A DNA stretch of 55,630 nucleotides from Oculatellaceae cyanobacterium bins.114 (lineage in GTDB: Bacteria > Cyanobacteriota > Cyanobacteriia > Elainellales > Elainellaceae), in assembly GCA_033764315.1 (NCBI GenBank), contig JANRJA010000145.1, positions 1 through 55,630 on the forward strand. Reading direction: 5' to 3'. The notes beneath the pieces were generated by a model. It was not told the DNA's origin, searched no databases, and saw only the letters and a program-made list of their open reading frames with translations. This document shows, one piece after another, positions 40,858-52,824 of the stretch. Made by a program: the position numbers and the translations under genes. Positions within the stretch are counted from its first letter, which is position 1; each line of letters opens with the position of its first letter.

Positions 40858-42111
40858 ATGCCCTCTTCTGGTTCTCCTACTTCTAGTAGTGGTTTCTTTC
40901 AGCTACTTCAAAATCGCTCATTTTTGTTGTTGTGGTGTGGGCAGGGGCTTTCTCAAATCGCTGATAAAGTTTTTTTTGTTTTACTCATCTCGCTGTTGGT
41001 TAACTATCAAACCCCCGATGATCCAGTTAACTCTATGCGCTCGGCACTGATGATAGCCGCCACCTTACCGGCCATTTTTTTAGGGTCTGCGGCAGGAATT
41101 TTTGTGGATCGGTTTGAGAAAAAACACATTTTGACCGTTTGTAATTATCTGCGGGGAGCTTTAACCCTGCTCATTCCCGTTTTGCCCACGGCGTTTTTTA
41201 TCTTGTTGGCGATCGCCTTTTTAGAATCCATCCTCACCCAATTTTTTGCTCCGGCTGAGCAAGCAGCAATTCCTCTGTTAGTGAGTCATGATGAGTTGAT
41301 GCCTGCCAATGCCTTGTTTACAACAACTATCATGGGGGCTTTAATTGTCGGTTTCGCCATTGGAGAACCGCTGTTAAGCATGGCAAAACTGTGGAACGCC
41401 GAGTTAGGGCAGACGGCACTGGTGGGTGGGCTATATATCCTTGCAGGAGGAATATTGCAGTGGGTCAAGCTGAAAGAGCCTAAAGCCAGCCCAGCTACGT
41501 TGTCTGTTCATCCCTGGAGTGACTTTAAAGCGGGACTGCGTTATTTGCGGCAAAACCCTCTGGTTAGCAATGCCATGATGCAGCTAACGATCCTTTATTC
41601 TGTATTCGCGGCACTAACCATTCTGGCAATTCAACTGGCACAAGAAATTGGGTTGAAATCAACTCAGTTTGGCTTTCTTTTGGCCGCTTCAGGGATAGGC
41701 ATGGTGCTGGGAGCCGCATTTTTAGGACATTGGGGCGATCGCTTTCACCACAAACCATTGCCCTTGATTGGTTTCATCATCATGGCGTCGATGCTAGCCA
41801 TTTTTGCTGTGGTCAATGATTTGTGGCTGGGGTTAACCCTCAGTGCTTTTTTGGGAATTGGGGCCTCGTTAATTGCCATTCCCATGCAGACGTTGATTCA
41901 ACGGCAAACCCCTGAAACGATGCGTGGCAAAGTATTTGGGTTTCAAAATAACGTGATTAATATTGCCTTGAGTGCACCGTTGGCGATCGCTGGCCCCCTC
42001 ACGGATATGTTTGGCTTGTCTGCGGTTTTGCTAGGAATTAGCGTTGTGGTTGCTCTTGGAGGCATTTGGGCCTGGAAGAACACCCATCGAGTCCTAGAAG
42101 ACGTAATATAG
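40858..42111 (+). CDS. MFS transporter
   Basis: About 12 transmembrane helices; GIFVDRFEKK, QFFAPAE and MRGKVFG. Confidence 0.92.
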   Translation: MPSSGSPTSSSGFFQLLQNRSFLLLWCGQGLSQIADKVFFVLLISLLVNYQTPDDPVNSMRSALMIAATLPAIFLGSAAGIFVDRFEKKHILTVCNYLRGALTLLIPVLPTAFFILLAIAFLESILTQFFAPAEQAAIPLLVSHDELMPANALFTTTIMGALIVGFAIGEPLLSMAKLWNAELGQTALVGGLYILAGGILQWVKLKEPKASPATLSVHPWSDFKAGLRYLRQNPLVSNAMMQLTILYSVFAALTILAIQLAQEIGLKSTQFGFLLAASGIGMVLGAAFLGHWGDRFHHKPLPLIGFIIMASMLAIFAVVNDLWLGLTLSAFLGIGASLIAIPMQTLIQRQTPETMRGKVFGFQNNVINIALSAPLAIAGPLTDMFGLSAVLLGISVVVALGGIWAWKNTHRVLEDVI

Positions 42112-42361
42112 CGCGATCGTTCATCACTCATTCTTTGTTGAGAAATGTAAACTGAATAACAACCCCAGTCATCTCAGCAAATCGCCCAACTCAAAGGGGA
42201 TCACGCTCAATACCTGAATTTTGAGGACAGGCGTTCGATTTCGGAAGTCAAGTTTCCCTCACCAGGCTCTCGACAGGAACAAACCCTCAGAACTAGACTG
42301 AGATATTAACAGCATTGTGCATCAATCGATACAGACCTCCAACGATCATAGATTCCAAATT

Positions 42362-44248
42362 ATGCGTGAAGTTCTCTCTGCTCCCGTTCAGACTGACTTA
42401 TCGTCTCAATCGGCTCCCTTGGCTATGCTTGCTCCCGTTAGAGCATCTGGCGCATTTGCCCTGATCGACAGCCTGAGACGGCATGGAGTCAAGCATATTT
42501 TTGGCTATCCTGGTGGCGCAATTCTGCCAATTTACGATGAGCTATATCGAGCAGAAGAACGAAATGATCTGCAACATATTCTAGTCAGACACGAACAAGG
42601 GGCAGCGCACGCGGCGGATGGCTACGCGCGCGCCACAGGTGAAGTGGGTGTGTGTTTTGGGACGTCTGGCCCAGGTGCAACTAACCTGGTGACGGGCATC
42701 GCGACCGCCCAGATGGACTCGATTCCAATGGTGATCATTACAGGACAGGTAGGTCGTGCGGCGATCGGCAGTGATGCCTTCCAAGAAACAGATATTTATG
42801 GCATTACGCTGCCCATTGTCAAACACTCCTATGTGGTGCGTGATCCTCAAGATATGGCACGCATTGTCGCAGAAGCGTTTTATATTGCTCGCTCAGGTCG
42901 CCCCGGTCCCGTTTTGATTGATGTCCCTAAAGATGTCGGTTTAGAACAGTTTGATTATGTTCCGGTTGAGCCTTGGAGTGTGAGACTGCCCGGATATCGC
43001 CCCACCGTGAAGGGCAATCCACGTCAGATCAGTCAAGCTTTGAAGTTGATTCGTCAAGCACAACAACCGTTGCTTTATGTTGGTGGAGGGGCGATCGCGG
43101 CCAATGCTCATGCTGAGATTCGGGCTTTAGCCGAAAGATTTAACCTCCCAGTCACAACCACTTTGATGGGCAAAGGGGCATTTGATGAACGGCACCCCCT
43201 CGCGGTTGGCATGTTGGGGATGCATGGTACGGCCTATGCCAACTTTGCGGTGACTGAGTGTGACTTGTTGATTGCAGTGGGTGCTCGCTTTGACGATCGC
43301 GTCACAGGCAAGCTAGATGAGTTTGCTAACCGAGCCAAGGTGATTCACATTGATGTTGACCCGGCTGAGGTAGGCAAAAACCGCATTCCTGAAGTCCCTA
43401 TTGTGGGTGATGTTCGCAATGTGTTGATCGACATGTTGCGGCGTGATCAAGAAGATGGAGTGGCTCCGGATGCTACGTTGACTCAAGCCTGGTTAGCCCG
43501 GATCGACCGCTGGAAGCAAGACTATCCACTCGTTGTGCCCCACTATGAAGACAGCATTGCGCCACAAGAGGTGATTGTTGAATTGAGTGAACAGGCTCCC
43601 AATGCTTACTACACCACAGATGTAGGTCAACATCAAATGTGGGCGGCTCAGTTCCTCAAAAATGGCCCTCGGCAATGGATCTCCAGTGCTGGCTTAGGCA
43701 CAATGGGTTTTGGCTTACCAGCGGCAATGGGGGTCAAAGTAGCCCTTCCCGATCAGCAGGTGATTTGTATCAGTGGTGATGCCAGCTTCCAGATGAATCT
43801 TCAGGAGTTGGGCACTCTGGCGCAATATGGCATCAATGTCAAAACCGTGATTATCAACAATGGCTGGTAAGGCATGGTGCGCCAGTGGCAAGAAGCGTTT
43901 TATGGCGAACGCTATTCCAACTCGAATATGCAAACTGGGATGCCCAATTTTGTGATGTTGGCTCAAGCCTTTGGCATCAAAGGTATCGTGGTGCACGATC
44001 GCTCTGAGTTGAAGGCGGCGATCGCAGAGGCATTAGCCCATGATGGACCGGTGTTGATCGATGCTCACGTCACCAAAAACGAAAACTGTTACCCGATGGT
44101 GGCACCCGGCAAGAGCAACGCTCAAATGATCGGCTTACCCGAACGCCCTCAACCCGACCAGGCGATCGAACTGATCTATTGCAACAACTGCGGAGCAAAG
44201 AACGCCACGACTAACCGCTTCTGCCCCGACTGCGGCACCAAGCTGTAG
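42362..44248 (+). pseudogene. ilvB: Acetolactate synthase large subunit with an in-frame TAA at 43868-43870 (nonsense mutation or base-call error)
   Basis: FGYPGGA, RHEQ, GMHG, RFDDRV, GDASF...NNGW*GMVRQWQ and a C-terminal zinc ribbon. The two ORFs are in the same frame. Confidence 0.88.
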
Positions 44249-44301
44249 TGATTGGGTGAGATTTTAGCTCCCTGGCTGCTTCAAAGCAGTCGGGGAGTTT
44301 G

Positions 44302-45417
44302 CTAAGAGCGTTGGGTCAACCAGCGTTTAACCCGTTGAAAGAGTCCCTTAAACCCAGTTTTACCCTGGATCTCACGAATTTTAGCCAACGCTGTCTCTTG
44401 AAAAAACTCAAATTGAGTACCTTCAGCGAGTTCTGCCGCACGGTTTAGTGACTCAATGGCAGCCTCTTGTTGCCGCAATTTAAGCTGCACCACCGAGGTG
44501 AAATAGATCAAATTGCGGCTCTGGCTATATTGGTCGCCAATTTGTTGATAGAGAGTAAATGCCGTTTGGCAGTATTCCAACCCTTTGACACCGTCTTCTT
44601 CAGCCAAGCCAATGGCTTGCAACGTGTTGGCTTCGCCTAAGCGATCGCCAATCTCGCGGTAAAACGCCAACGCCTGTTCGTAGCGCTCTAAGGCTTCGGT
44701 GCGACGGTCAAGGAACTGCAACACATCGCCAATGGCTTTCAACGTGTTGGCTTCGCCTAAGCGAGCGCCAATCTCGCGGTAAAACGCCAACGCCTGTTCG
44801 TAGCGCTCTAAGGCTTCGGTTGCCTGGTAAAACCGAAACCTAGCTCGACCCGCCCAATAATAAATCTCTGCCTCTGCTGGGAGTGCAACCCGACCTGCCT
44901 CAACTTGTTCTAGCAAAGTCTCAATTAGGGTCTCAATCTCTGCCCGTCGATAAGCATTTGTCCAGCTTTGAGCTAGACTCCAGAGTTCATTTCCTTGCCA
45001 CTCGCGATCGACAATCACCCGATGATAAAGCCACTCGATTTGCAATTCTGGAGTGGTACCACTGGCAAAAAAGACTGCCGCTCGTACCGATAGTTGCTGA
45101 TACATTTCTGACTGATTCTGCCAGAGATGCTGCAACATCTGTTTACGGGTTTTTTCATGAATGTTGTGACCCCGTCCCTGAAACGGTTCCACAATCGGCA
45201 ATTCTTGCAACTTGAGATAGAGTTCTGCAATCTGAGGTTGCAAGTCTGGCTCCAACGCTGACAAGATTTCTGCGTCTGCCCAATGGGGAATTGCCATTGC
45301 CCACACGACTCGCACCAGATCAGGCTCCAGTGAGGTGAGTAAACTCTCGGTCAAAATCCACGATCGTTCCTCATCAGTTTCGGCTTGGGCTAACCGATTG
45401 AGCAAGTCATTGGTCAT
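44302..45417 (-). CDS. Tetratricopeptide repeat protein
   Basis: TPR repeats (EALERYEQALAFYREIG.RLGEANTL). A near-identical duplication with 120-bp period lies at 44609-44700 and 44729-44820. Confidence 0.88.
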   Translation of the reverse strand: MTNDLLNRLAQAETDEERSWILTESLLTSLEPDLVRVVWAMAIPHWADAEILSALEPDLQPQIAELYLKLQELPIVEPFQGRGHNIHEKTRKQMLQHLWQNQSEMYQQLSVRAAVFFASGTTPELQIEWLYHRVIVDREWQGNELWSLAQSWTNAYRRAEIETLIETLLEQVEAGRVALPAEAEIYYWAGRARFRFYQATEALERYEQALAFYREIGARLGEANTLKAIGDVLQFLDRRTEALERYEQALAFYREIGDRLGEANTLQAIGLAEEDGVKGLEYCQTAFTLYQQIGDQYSQSRNLIYFTSVVQLKLRQQEAAIESLNRAAELAEGTQFEFFQETALAKIREIQGKTGFKGLFQRVKRWLTQRS

Positions 45418-46183
45418 TGCTCCACCCCCGTTCCAGGCTTTTGAGCGCCTTACGAATCTCTAGAGGGTTGCCCTTATTGAGGCGAACGATTGCTTTAATG
45501 ACATCTCGATCAAAGGGTAAATGCTCCACTTGCGCTAATTGATACCACGCTTCGACTTGCTCAATGGCCTCTAAATAACACGATTCACAAGCACTACCCC
45601 AACCAATATTGTTGCAGTCAGGAACGGTTTGTCCTGCCACAACCACCACCAAGTTGGGCAAGCGTGGCACCATGCGCAGCAACTCGCTTTCAATCCAATT
45701 CTGTAGATCGCTCACCGCCAGTTGAAAGGTATCAAGCAAAATCACAACCCGCTGTTGGATTGCAGCCAAATCCTGAAAAAAGGCTCGTTGCAAGGCACCC
45801 AATCGATATCGACGGGTATTTTCATCCACATTCAACGCAATCTGAATGGTTTGCTGTCCTTCCATTTGGTTGTTGGCAAAGTTGATTGCCCCCGACACCA
45901 TTTGTCTTAACTCAGCGGTAAACTGCTGAAAACGGTCATACCCTAAGTCTTCGCAGACCCAGTTAAAAAAATAGGGAATGCCAAGATCTGCTCCCTTCAA
46001 ATCAAGGGGAACAACCAAAGCCTCTGAAGGGCAAGAATCTTGAAACTTTTTCAGCAAATCTGATTTGCCCATCCCTGAATCTGCTTGGATCAGCAAGATT
46101 TTGGCAGAGTGGTTGCCACAAACAATGTCAGAAAACAGTTGTAGCTCAGCCGTGCGATTGGCGATCGCTTTTGTCTTGATCAT
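45407..46183 (-). CDS. P-loop NTPase (AAA_16/STAND-like)
   Basis: NRTAEL, Walker A-like ADSGMGKS, Walker B VILLDTF and a GNPL motif. Confidence 0.8.
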   Translation of the reverse strand: MIKTKAIANRTAELQLFSDIVCGNHSAKILLIQADSGMGKSDLLKKFQDSCPSEALVVPLDLKGADLGIPYFFNWVCEDLGYDRFQQFTAELRQMVSGAINFANNQMEGQQTIQIALNVDENTRRYRLGALQRAFFQDLAAIQQRVVILLDTFQLAVSDLQNWIESELLRMVPRLPNLVVVVAGQTVPDCNNIGWGSACESCYLEAIEQVEAWYQLAQVEHLPFDRDVIKAIVRLNKGNPLEIRKALKSLERGWSNDQ

Positions 46184-46593
46184 GGCTGTTTGGGTTCATC
46201 CGCAGGGGCTTCAGGGTCAGCAGGGCGTCCCTCTTCAATTAAGAAATCTCGCTCTCCTTTGACCGTGTTGTCCTTCACTCTGACGCTGTCGCGACTGATG
46301 CGAAATGTCCCACCAGTTCCCTCAAACTTATTCCCACTAAAGTCTACTGAGTATGGAGGCTCTGGGGGTTGGGGTGTTTTGGCATCCGGAGCAGCCGCGT
46401 CAATACCAATCTCACCTTGAGGGGTGCGAACAAAAAATCGAGTGATGCGATCGCGCAACAACACAACAATAATGACTAATCCAACAACGACCGCTAAAAC
46501 GATATAAACGGTTGGGGTGATTTCACTACTGTTACGAGTCGCTTCAGGGCTAGGAGCAGCAGACGGTGATGAACTGGCGATCGTAATTTCCAT
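46180..46593 (-). CDS. Single-pass membrane hypothetical protein
   Basis: One transmembrane helix and a Pro-rich linker; its stop overlaps the next gene's start. Confidence 0.7.
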   Translation of the reverse strand: MEITIASSSPSAAPSPEATRNSSEITPTVYIVLAVVVGLVIIVVLLRDRITRFFVRTPQGEIGIDAAAPDAKTPQPPEPPYSVDFSGNKFEGTGGTFRISRDSVRVKDNTVKGERDFLIEEGRPADPEAPADEPKQP

Positions 46594-46758
46594 AATTTCT
46601 ACTCTTAAAGCGATTCTCTATGAAATTCAAACTTAAGAAATTTTATTTGCCCAAATCCTAACATTTACCTTAATGATTCTTCGGGTTCTTTAATGGTAAA
46701 CCTGCAAATTTCCGAAATATCTCCGCTTTCTCCCCATCGGGGTGATACCATACTTTCT

Positions 46759-48228
<1,470 letters not shown>

Positions 48229-48383
48229 TAACCCGTACACACTTCTTTACAGTCTGTAACTGTTTTTGTTAGCCTACTGCATGAAATGGGCTTTATAAAG
48301 CCAAAGCATTTCTGATTCCCGGAATTAAATAATGGAACCGGGAATTTATAAAAGCGAAAGCTTTCTCTACCCTGGAGCATTTC

Positions 48384-48971
48384 ATGCAGTACCCCCTCGA
48401 ACTCAATTTCAAAATTTGGACATTTGCACCCAGCATTTCAGTTACTGATACTCAAGGTAATCTCGTCTTTTTTGTTAGACAAAAACTGTTTAAGCTCAAA
48501 GAAGCGATTACGGTTCATGCCGATACAGAACGAACCCAGCCACTTTTTGAGATTAAAGCCGATCGCATCCTTGACTTCTCTGCTCGATATAACTTTGCAG
48601 ATAACAACGGCACTTATATTGGCTCCGTTAAACGACGGGGATTGCGATCGCTCTGGAGTGCTCGATATGACATTTTTGATGGTGAAACCAGCAGTTTGAT
48701 GATTCAAGAAGAAAACCCCTGGGTAAAGGTGTTAGATGCGTTGTTTCAAGAGATTCCTTTTATTGGTTTGCTGAGCGGTTATGTGCTCCATCCCAAATAT
48801 TTAGTCACCCGCACCGATACCGGAAATGTGGTGATGCATTTAGAGAAAACACCTTCTTTGATCTCTAGACGTTTCAGAATTAAACAGGTGGATCAATTGA
48901 GCGAGCGGGAGGAACAACAAGTTCTTTTGAGTTTGCTGATGATGGTTTTGTTAGAGCGCAGTCGTGGCTAA
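48384..48971 (+). CDS. Hypothetical protein (LURP-one/scramblase-like)
   Basis: VRQKLFKLKE, IKADRILDFSARY and GLRSLWSARY pattern. Confidence 0.7.
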   Translation: MQYPLELNFKIWTFAPSISVTDTQGNLVFFVRQKLFKLKEAITVHADTERTQPLFEIKADRILDFSARYNFADNNGTYIGSVKRRGLRSLWSARYDIFDGETSSLMIQEENPWVKVLDALFQEIPFIGLLSGYVLHPKYLVTRTDTGNVVMHLEKTPSLISRRFRIKQVDQLSEREEQQVLLSLLMMVLLERSRG

Positions 48972-49273
48972 AGGTTCGTAAAACTCTCTGTTCTAAATTG
49001 ACAAGGAATGGCGATCGCTTCTCATCAGGGCGATCGCTTTTTTAGCAACTATAGAAATCTCAACGAGGTGCTAAGCGTTCAAACTAAAGGGTTTGCCATT
49101 ACAAGTTCGGAAATGCGATCGCTCTCTTTCCCAACAACCGAACCTCTTAAAAGAATTGCCTTTGATAGATTAAATGTCAGGAGAAGGGTGAAAGAATGAA
49201 TCTAATTTAAACAATGTAACCCGCTAACTCCTGATAGTCACTGAAATCATAACAACCTTTAGGAGGGAGTATT

Positions 49274-49711
49274 ATGGCACTGGTTCGTTGGGCACCATTT
49301 CGTGAAATTGAAACCTTGCAACGTGAATTGAATCAGTTGTTTGATACATTAGGTTCTGACTCTAACCGCTCTGAAATGGTTGCTTTTGCTCCATCAGCAG
49401 AAATTCAAGAAACGCCTGATGCGATCAAACTGAGAGTTGAAATTCCTGGCATTGATGCAAAAGATTTAGACGTTCAAGTCATGGCTGATGCTGTTTCCAT
49501 TAGTGGTGAGCGTAAGTCTGAAGTCCGTACTGAAAATCAAGGAGTTATCCGCTCTGAGTTCCGTTATGGCAGTTTCCGCAGAGTCATCCCAATGCCAACT
49601 CGTATTCAGAATGACAAAGTTGAAGCTGATTACAAAGATGGCATTTTGAGCCTGCACCTTCCCAAAGTTGAGGAAGAAAAAAATAAGGTTGTGAAGGTTA
49701 GCCTGACATAA
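49274..49711 (+). CDS. hspA: Small heat shock protein (Hsp20)
   Basis: WAPFREIETLQ, SEFRYGSFRRVI and ADYKDGILSLHLPK; RBS AGGAGG. Confidence 0.95.
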   Translation: MALVRWAPFREIETLQRELNQLFDTLGSDSNRSEMVAFAPSAEIQETPDAIKLRVEIPGIDAKDLDVQVMADAVSISGERKSEVRTENQGVIRSEFRYGSFRRVIPMPTRIQNDKVEADYKDGILSLHLPKVEEEKNKVVKVSLT

Positions 49712-49795
49712 GAGTAGCCATTCACAGCGAGATAGCTCACTAATTCAATCGCTCTCCGATTTCTTGAGAAGTTAGAGAGCGATTGAATTAGCAAG

Positions 49796-49828
49796 AATAA
49801 AGCGGGGTTCATCGAACCCCGCTTTATT
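49796..49828. terminator. Bidirectional intrinsic terminator
   Basis: Perfect hairpin AATAAAGCGGGGTTC-atc-GAACCCCGCTTTATT between convergent genes. A second hairpin lies at about 49741-49790. Confidence 0.8.
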
Positions 49829-49983
49829 GCTTTAAATTGTTCTAAACCGTCGTCCCTTTACAAGCATTAGAACAAAAGTTGTAAAACCTTCGCTGAGAAG
49901 CGTGTACTGCCAGCAATCTAATTTCCGTACACAACGTGTAATCACACAATTATGTATGAAAATTAAATTTTACTAAGCCAATA

Positions 49984-50301
49984 TCAACGGCTAGCCATTG
50001 CCATTGGCAGTACTGCTGGTTCATCTTCCTGAACACGCAAGCTGGGGAACAGGAAATGATTCTCCTCAACATATTGGGCACCAAAGAGCCCTTTTTCTGC
50101 CCAAAAATAGCGATCTGTGGTGTGCTCATTCCGCTTAACCAGCAATAATGCTGGTGGCAGAATTCCTTCAGCACGGATAAAGTTACGAGCAGCCGTAACA
50201 GGCTTCTCTTCACCACATTCAATGCTAAACTGCGGAACTGCCTCTAGAATTCTACGCCCTTCGAGGCGACGACGACTTTTACGTTTCCGTCTCCTTGCCA
50301 A
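49984..50301 (-). CDS. DUF3155 cyanobacterial protein
   Basis: MARRRKRKSRRR...EHTTDRYFWAEKGLFGAQYVEENHFLFPSL; RBS GGAGG. Confidence 0.88.
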   Translation of the reverse strand: MARRRKRKSRRRLEGRRILEAVPQFSIECGEEKPVTAARNFIRAEGILPPALLLVKRNEHTTDRYFWAEKGLFGAQYVEENHFLFPSLRVQEDEPAVLPMAMASR

Positions 50302-50330
50302 CCTCCTTACCTCCTGTCTCTATAAATAGG

Positions 50331-50346
50331 TGTAACCCTGGTTACA
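50331..50346. promoter_or_regulatory. Putative NtcA site
   Basis: TGTA-ACCCTGGT-TACA, a GTA-N8-TAC match. Confidence 0.45.
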
Positions 50347-50695
50347 AAATATCAAACCGAGCAAAGTATATAGGCTTGAATTTAGAATTTCAACTTCCTT
50401 TAAATTATCGATACAAAATCTAAAGCGAACCTTAAGGAGCTTAGAGTCTGAGAAAGATCTTAAAGGATGTCGAAATCCTTTCCATAGGTACATCATAGCC
50501 AATTAAACAGTACTCAGGGTATGTTCTTTTGATTGCACCTCTGTAAAAATACCGTAAAGTTGGAAGGAAAGAAAGGTTAAGAAATGCAAAATCTTGCTTA
50601 AACAAACGAAAAATAGCAAATTTATAATCGTTAGAGTAGGTTCTTATGATTTGTCTGGTTTAGTCTTAACTTTCTAGTTTAAATTTGGGTTTTCC

Positions 50696-52129
50696 ATGCT
50701 CATGTCCACGAGTTCTGAGTTCTTAGTCCTGTGTCGATCGCAGGTAGCTATCCTGACGCAGGGGTTAGGGGCTTCTCTTAGCGTGGTTTACCTGACTCAA
50801 GATCTTTCAGAAACGATGAGCACTAAATTGGTGCCCATTGTGGCTTATCCAGAGATTGCGTTGAACTGGGAAGCAGATCAGGTTTTGTCGCTGTTATCGG
50901 GTAGAAACGATTGGACAAGTACAAACTTGCGGTTACTGACCTCAGAAACCAACTTAGACACAGCCGCTATTAAACCCTCCCTGTTGCCCGCATTGCCTGC
51001 CTCCGATGAATCTACCTCGGACACGCCCGATGCGGCACGGATACAAGTGTCACAGCATGTGATGTTGCCACTAATTCATGAGGGAGTAGTGATGGGGCTA
51101 TTAGTAACGGCTCGGTCAGATCGAAGCTGGAACGATCGCGAACGTGCCCAAATTGAAAGGATTGCTACAACCTTGTCTTTGGCGTGTGTCTTGGATCAGC
51201 GATCGCAATGGCTGGATCACGACATTCAACAACAACGGCTACTACAAGCCCAGCAACATGACATTTTAGATGACTTGCTGCATCAGTTTCGCAATCCCTT
51301 AACGGCTCTGCGAACATTTGGCAAATTGTTGCTGCGGCGATTGCGCTCTAATGACCCAAATCGAGATGCGGCGGCAGGAATTGTGCGAGAGAGCGATCGC
51401 CTGCAAGAGCTATTGCGGCAATTTGATGTGGCAATCGATTTGGGGGAAGCAGATCTACTGCCTTTTTTGCAGTCCGAGCCATCTCCAACGCTTGATCCTC
51501 CATCGTCTTTAGAGCGTCAATTTTCCGCCAGAGCGACGGCTTCAGACGGGGCTAAATCGGTTCCACTGTTGCCCAGTTCTCATTTTTTAACAGGGGCTGA
51601 GCTGCAATTGACCCCTCACTTGATTAGTGAAGCACTAAAGCCTTTACTGGATTCAGCCCGAGCAATTGCTCAAGATCGGTACTTAAATTTGCAGATTAAT
51701 ATTCCTGCAAACCTGACACCGATTGCAGTGGATATTCGGGCTCTTCGTGAAGTGCTGAGTAACCTGATTGACAATGCCCTGAAATATACGCCTGTTGCAG
51801 GAACTGTCTATCTCTGGATCAGCGAAGAAATTAAGGATGGTGAGATGTGTCAGATATTTGCCATCGCTGACACCGGGCCTGGAATTCCGACCCAAGATCA
51901 ACACCATTTATTTGAGAGACATTATCGAGGTGTGCAGGCTAGCACCGATATTCCTGGCACCGGTTTGGGATTGGCGATCGCTCGCGATTTGATTCACCAG
52001 ATGCAGGGTCATATTCAAATCTTTAGCCCTGCTTCTACCAGTCCAATCCCCAACCCCTTCCCGATGACAACGACGGTTGATGCTCCTGGCACAGTAGTTG
52101 TGGTTTGGTTTTCAACGCTACGGCAATAA
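50696..52129 (+). CDS. hik2: GAF sensor histidine kinase Hik2 (CSK homolog)
   Basis: N-terminal SEFLVLCRSQV...SVVYLT, H-box LLHQFRNPLT, NLIDNALKYT, DTGPG and GTGLGL. Confidence 0.85.
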   Translation: MLMSTSSEFLVLCRSQVAILTQGLGASLSVVYLTQDLSETMSTKLVPIVAYPEIALNWEADQVLSLLSGRNDWTSTNLRLLTSETNLDTAAIKPSLLPALPASDESTSDTPDAARIQVSQHVMLPLIHEGVVMGLLVTARSDRSWNDRERAQIERIATTLSLACVLDQRSQWLDHDIQQQRLLQAQQHDILDDLLHQFRNPLTALRTFGKLLLRRLRSNDPNRDAAAGIVRESDRLQELLRQFDVAIDLGEADLLPFLQSEPSPTLDPPSSLERQFSARATASDGAKSVPLLPSSHFLTGAELQLTPHLISEALKPLLDSARAIAQDRYLNLQINIPANLTPIAVDIRALREVLSNLIDNALKYTPVAGTVYLWISEEIKDGEMCQIFAIADTGPGIPTQDQHHLFERHYRGVQASTDIPGTGLGLAIARDLIHQMQGHIQIFSPASTSPIPNPFPMTTTVDAPGTVVVVWFSTLRQ

Positions 52130-52166
52130 GAGTGCAGCAGGGTTGGGATTGTCTGGTTGGGATTGT

Positions 52167-52634
52167 TTATTGCATACCCAGATTTAAAGCCTGAATAAAC
52201 TCTTGCAAGTTTCGGTTGATCAACTTGGCAGGCTCAGCGGGCATTTGTTGGGTGATGATTTCCTGAAGATGTTGATAAGCTCTGGCAGATTGAGCTTCTT
52301 TCCGCAGAGCCATCATGATATTTTGCATCCAAAGAATAAGCTGTTCCCGAAAAGCATTATCATCATCTTTGAGAATAGCAACGGCGATCGCTCGTAGAAC
52401 ATAGCTCATATCGCGTCGGCAGGTTTCACCATGTTGGCGAACGACAGCAGACTCAGTTTTTGCCAATCGATCTAAAACCTGCTGGATAAAGATGTCAGAC
52501 TTCTCGCACAGCAAGGAGTAGGTTGTCAAACGCACTTGATATGACTGAGCATATCCTTCGAGAGAGCTTAACTCTAAATCTGTAAGATATCGACCGTCGG
52601 CTTCGCGGATGTGCTGTTCGAGAGTACTATTCAT
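52167..52634 (-). CDS. Phycobiliprotein/globin-fold protein
   Basis: EADGRYL and TCRRDMSYVLR phycobilin-like motifs. Confidence 0.75.
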   Translation of the reverse strand: MNSTLEQHIREADGRYLTDLELSSLEGYAQSYQVRLTTYSLLCEKSDIFIQQVLDRLAKTESAVVRQHGETCRRDMSYVLRAIAVAILKDDDNAFREQLILWMQNIMMALRKEAQSARAYQHLQEIITQQMPAEPAKLINRNLQEFIQALNLGMQ

Positions 52635-52824
52635 AGAATTTGAGCCTGACTAGAGGGTTAATCCAACTTAATATTCAAAGGGTCTTAACGAACTCCGTAA
52701 TAGTTCGCATCTTTTTTAACTCTGATTTACATTCCTCAATATTTCTTCGTAACTGGGCTTTTTCCCTTACAATATCTGGGCATTGTTGCAATCGGTAGAT
52801 CTGGCAATAGATAAAAGGGCAATT

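Noticed and set aside
28166..43870. TAA-to-Gln recoding, suggested by in-frame TAAs at Gln-like positions in fic and ilvB
   Set aside because: TAA is the normal stop of many genes here (lepA, thiC, hsp20, mtnP). C-to-T is a common change, and fic has another lesion.
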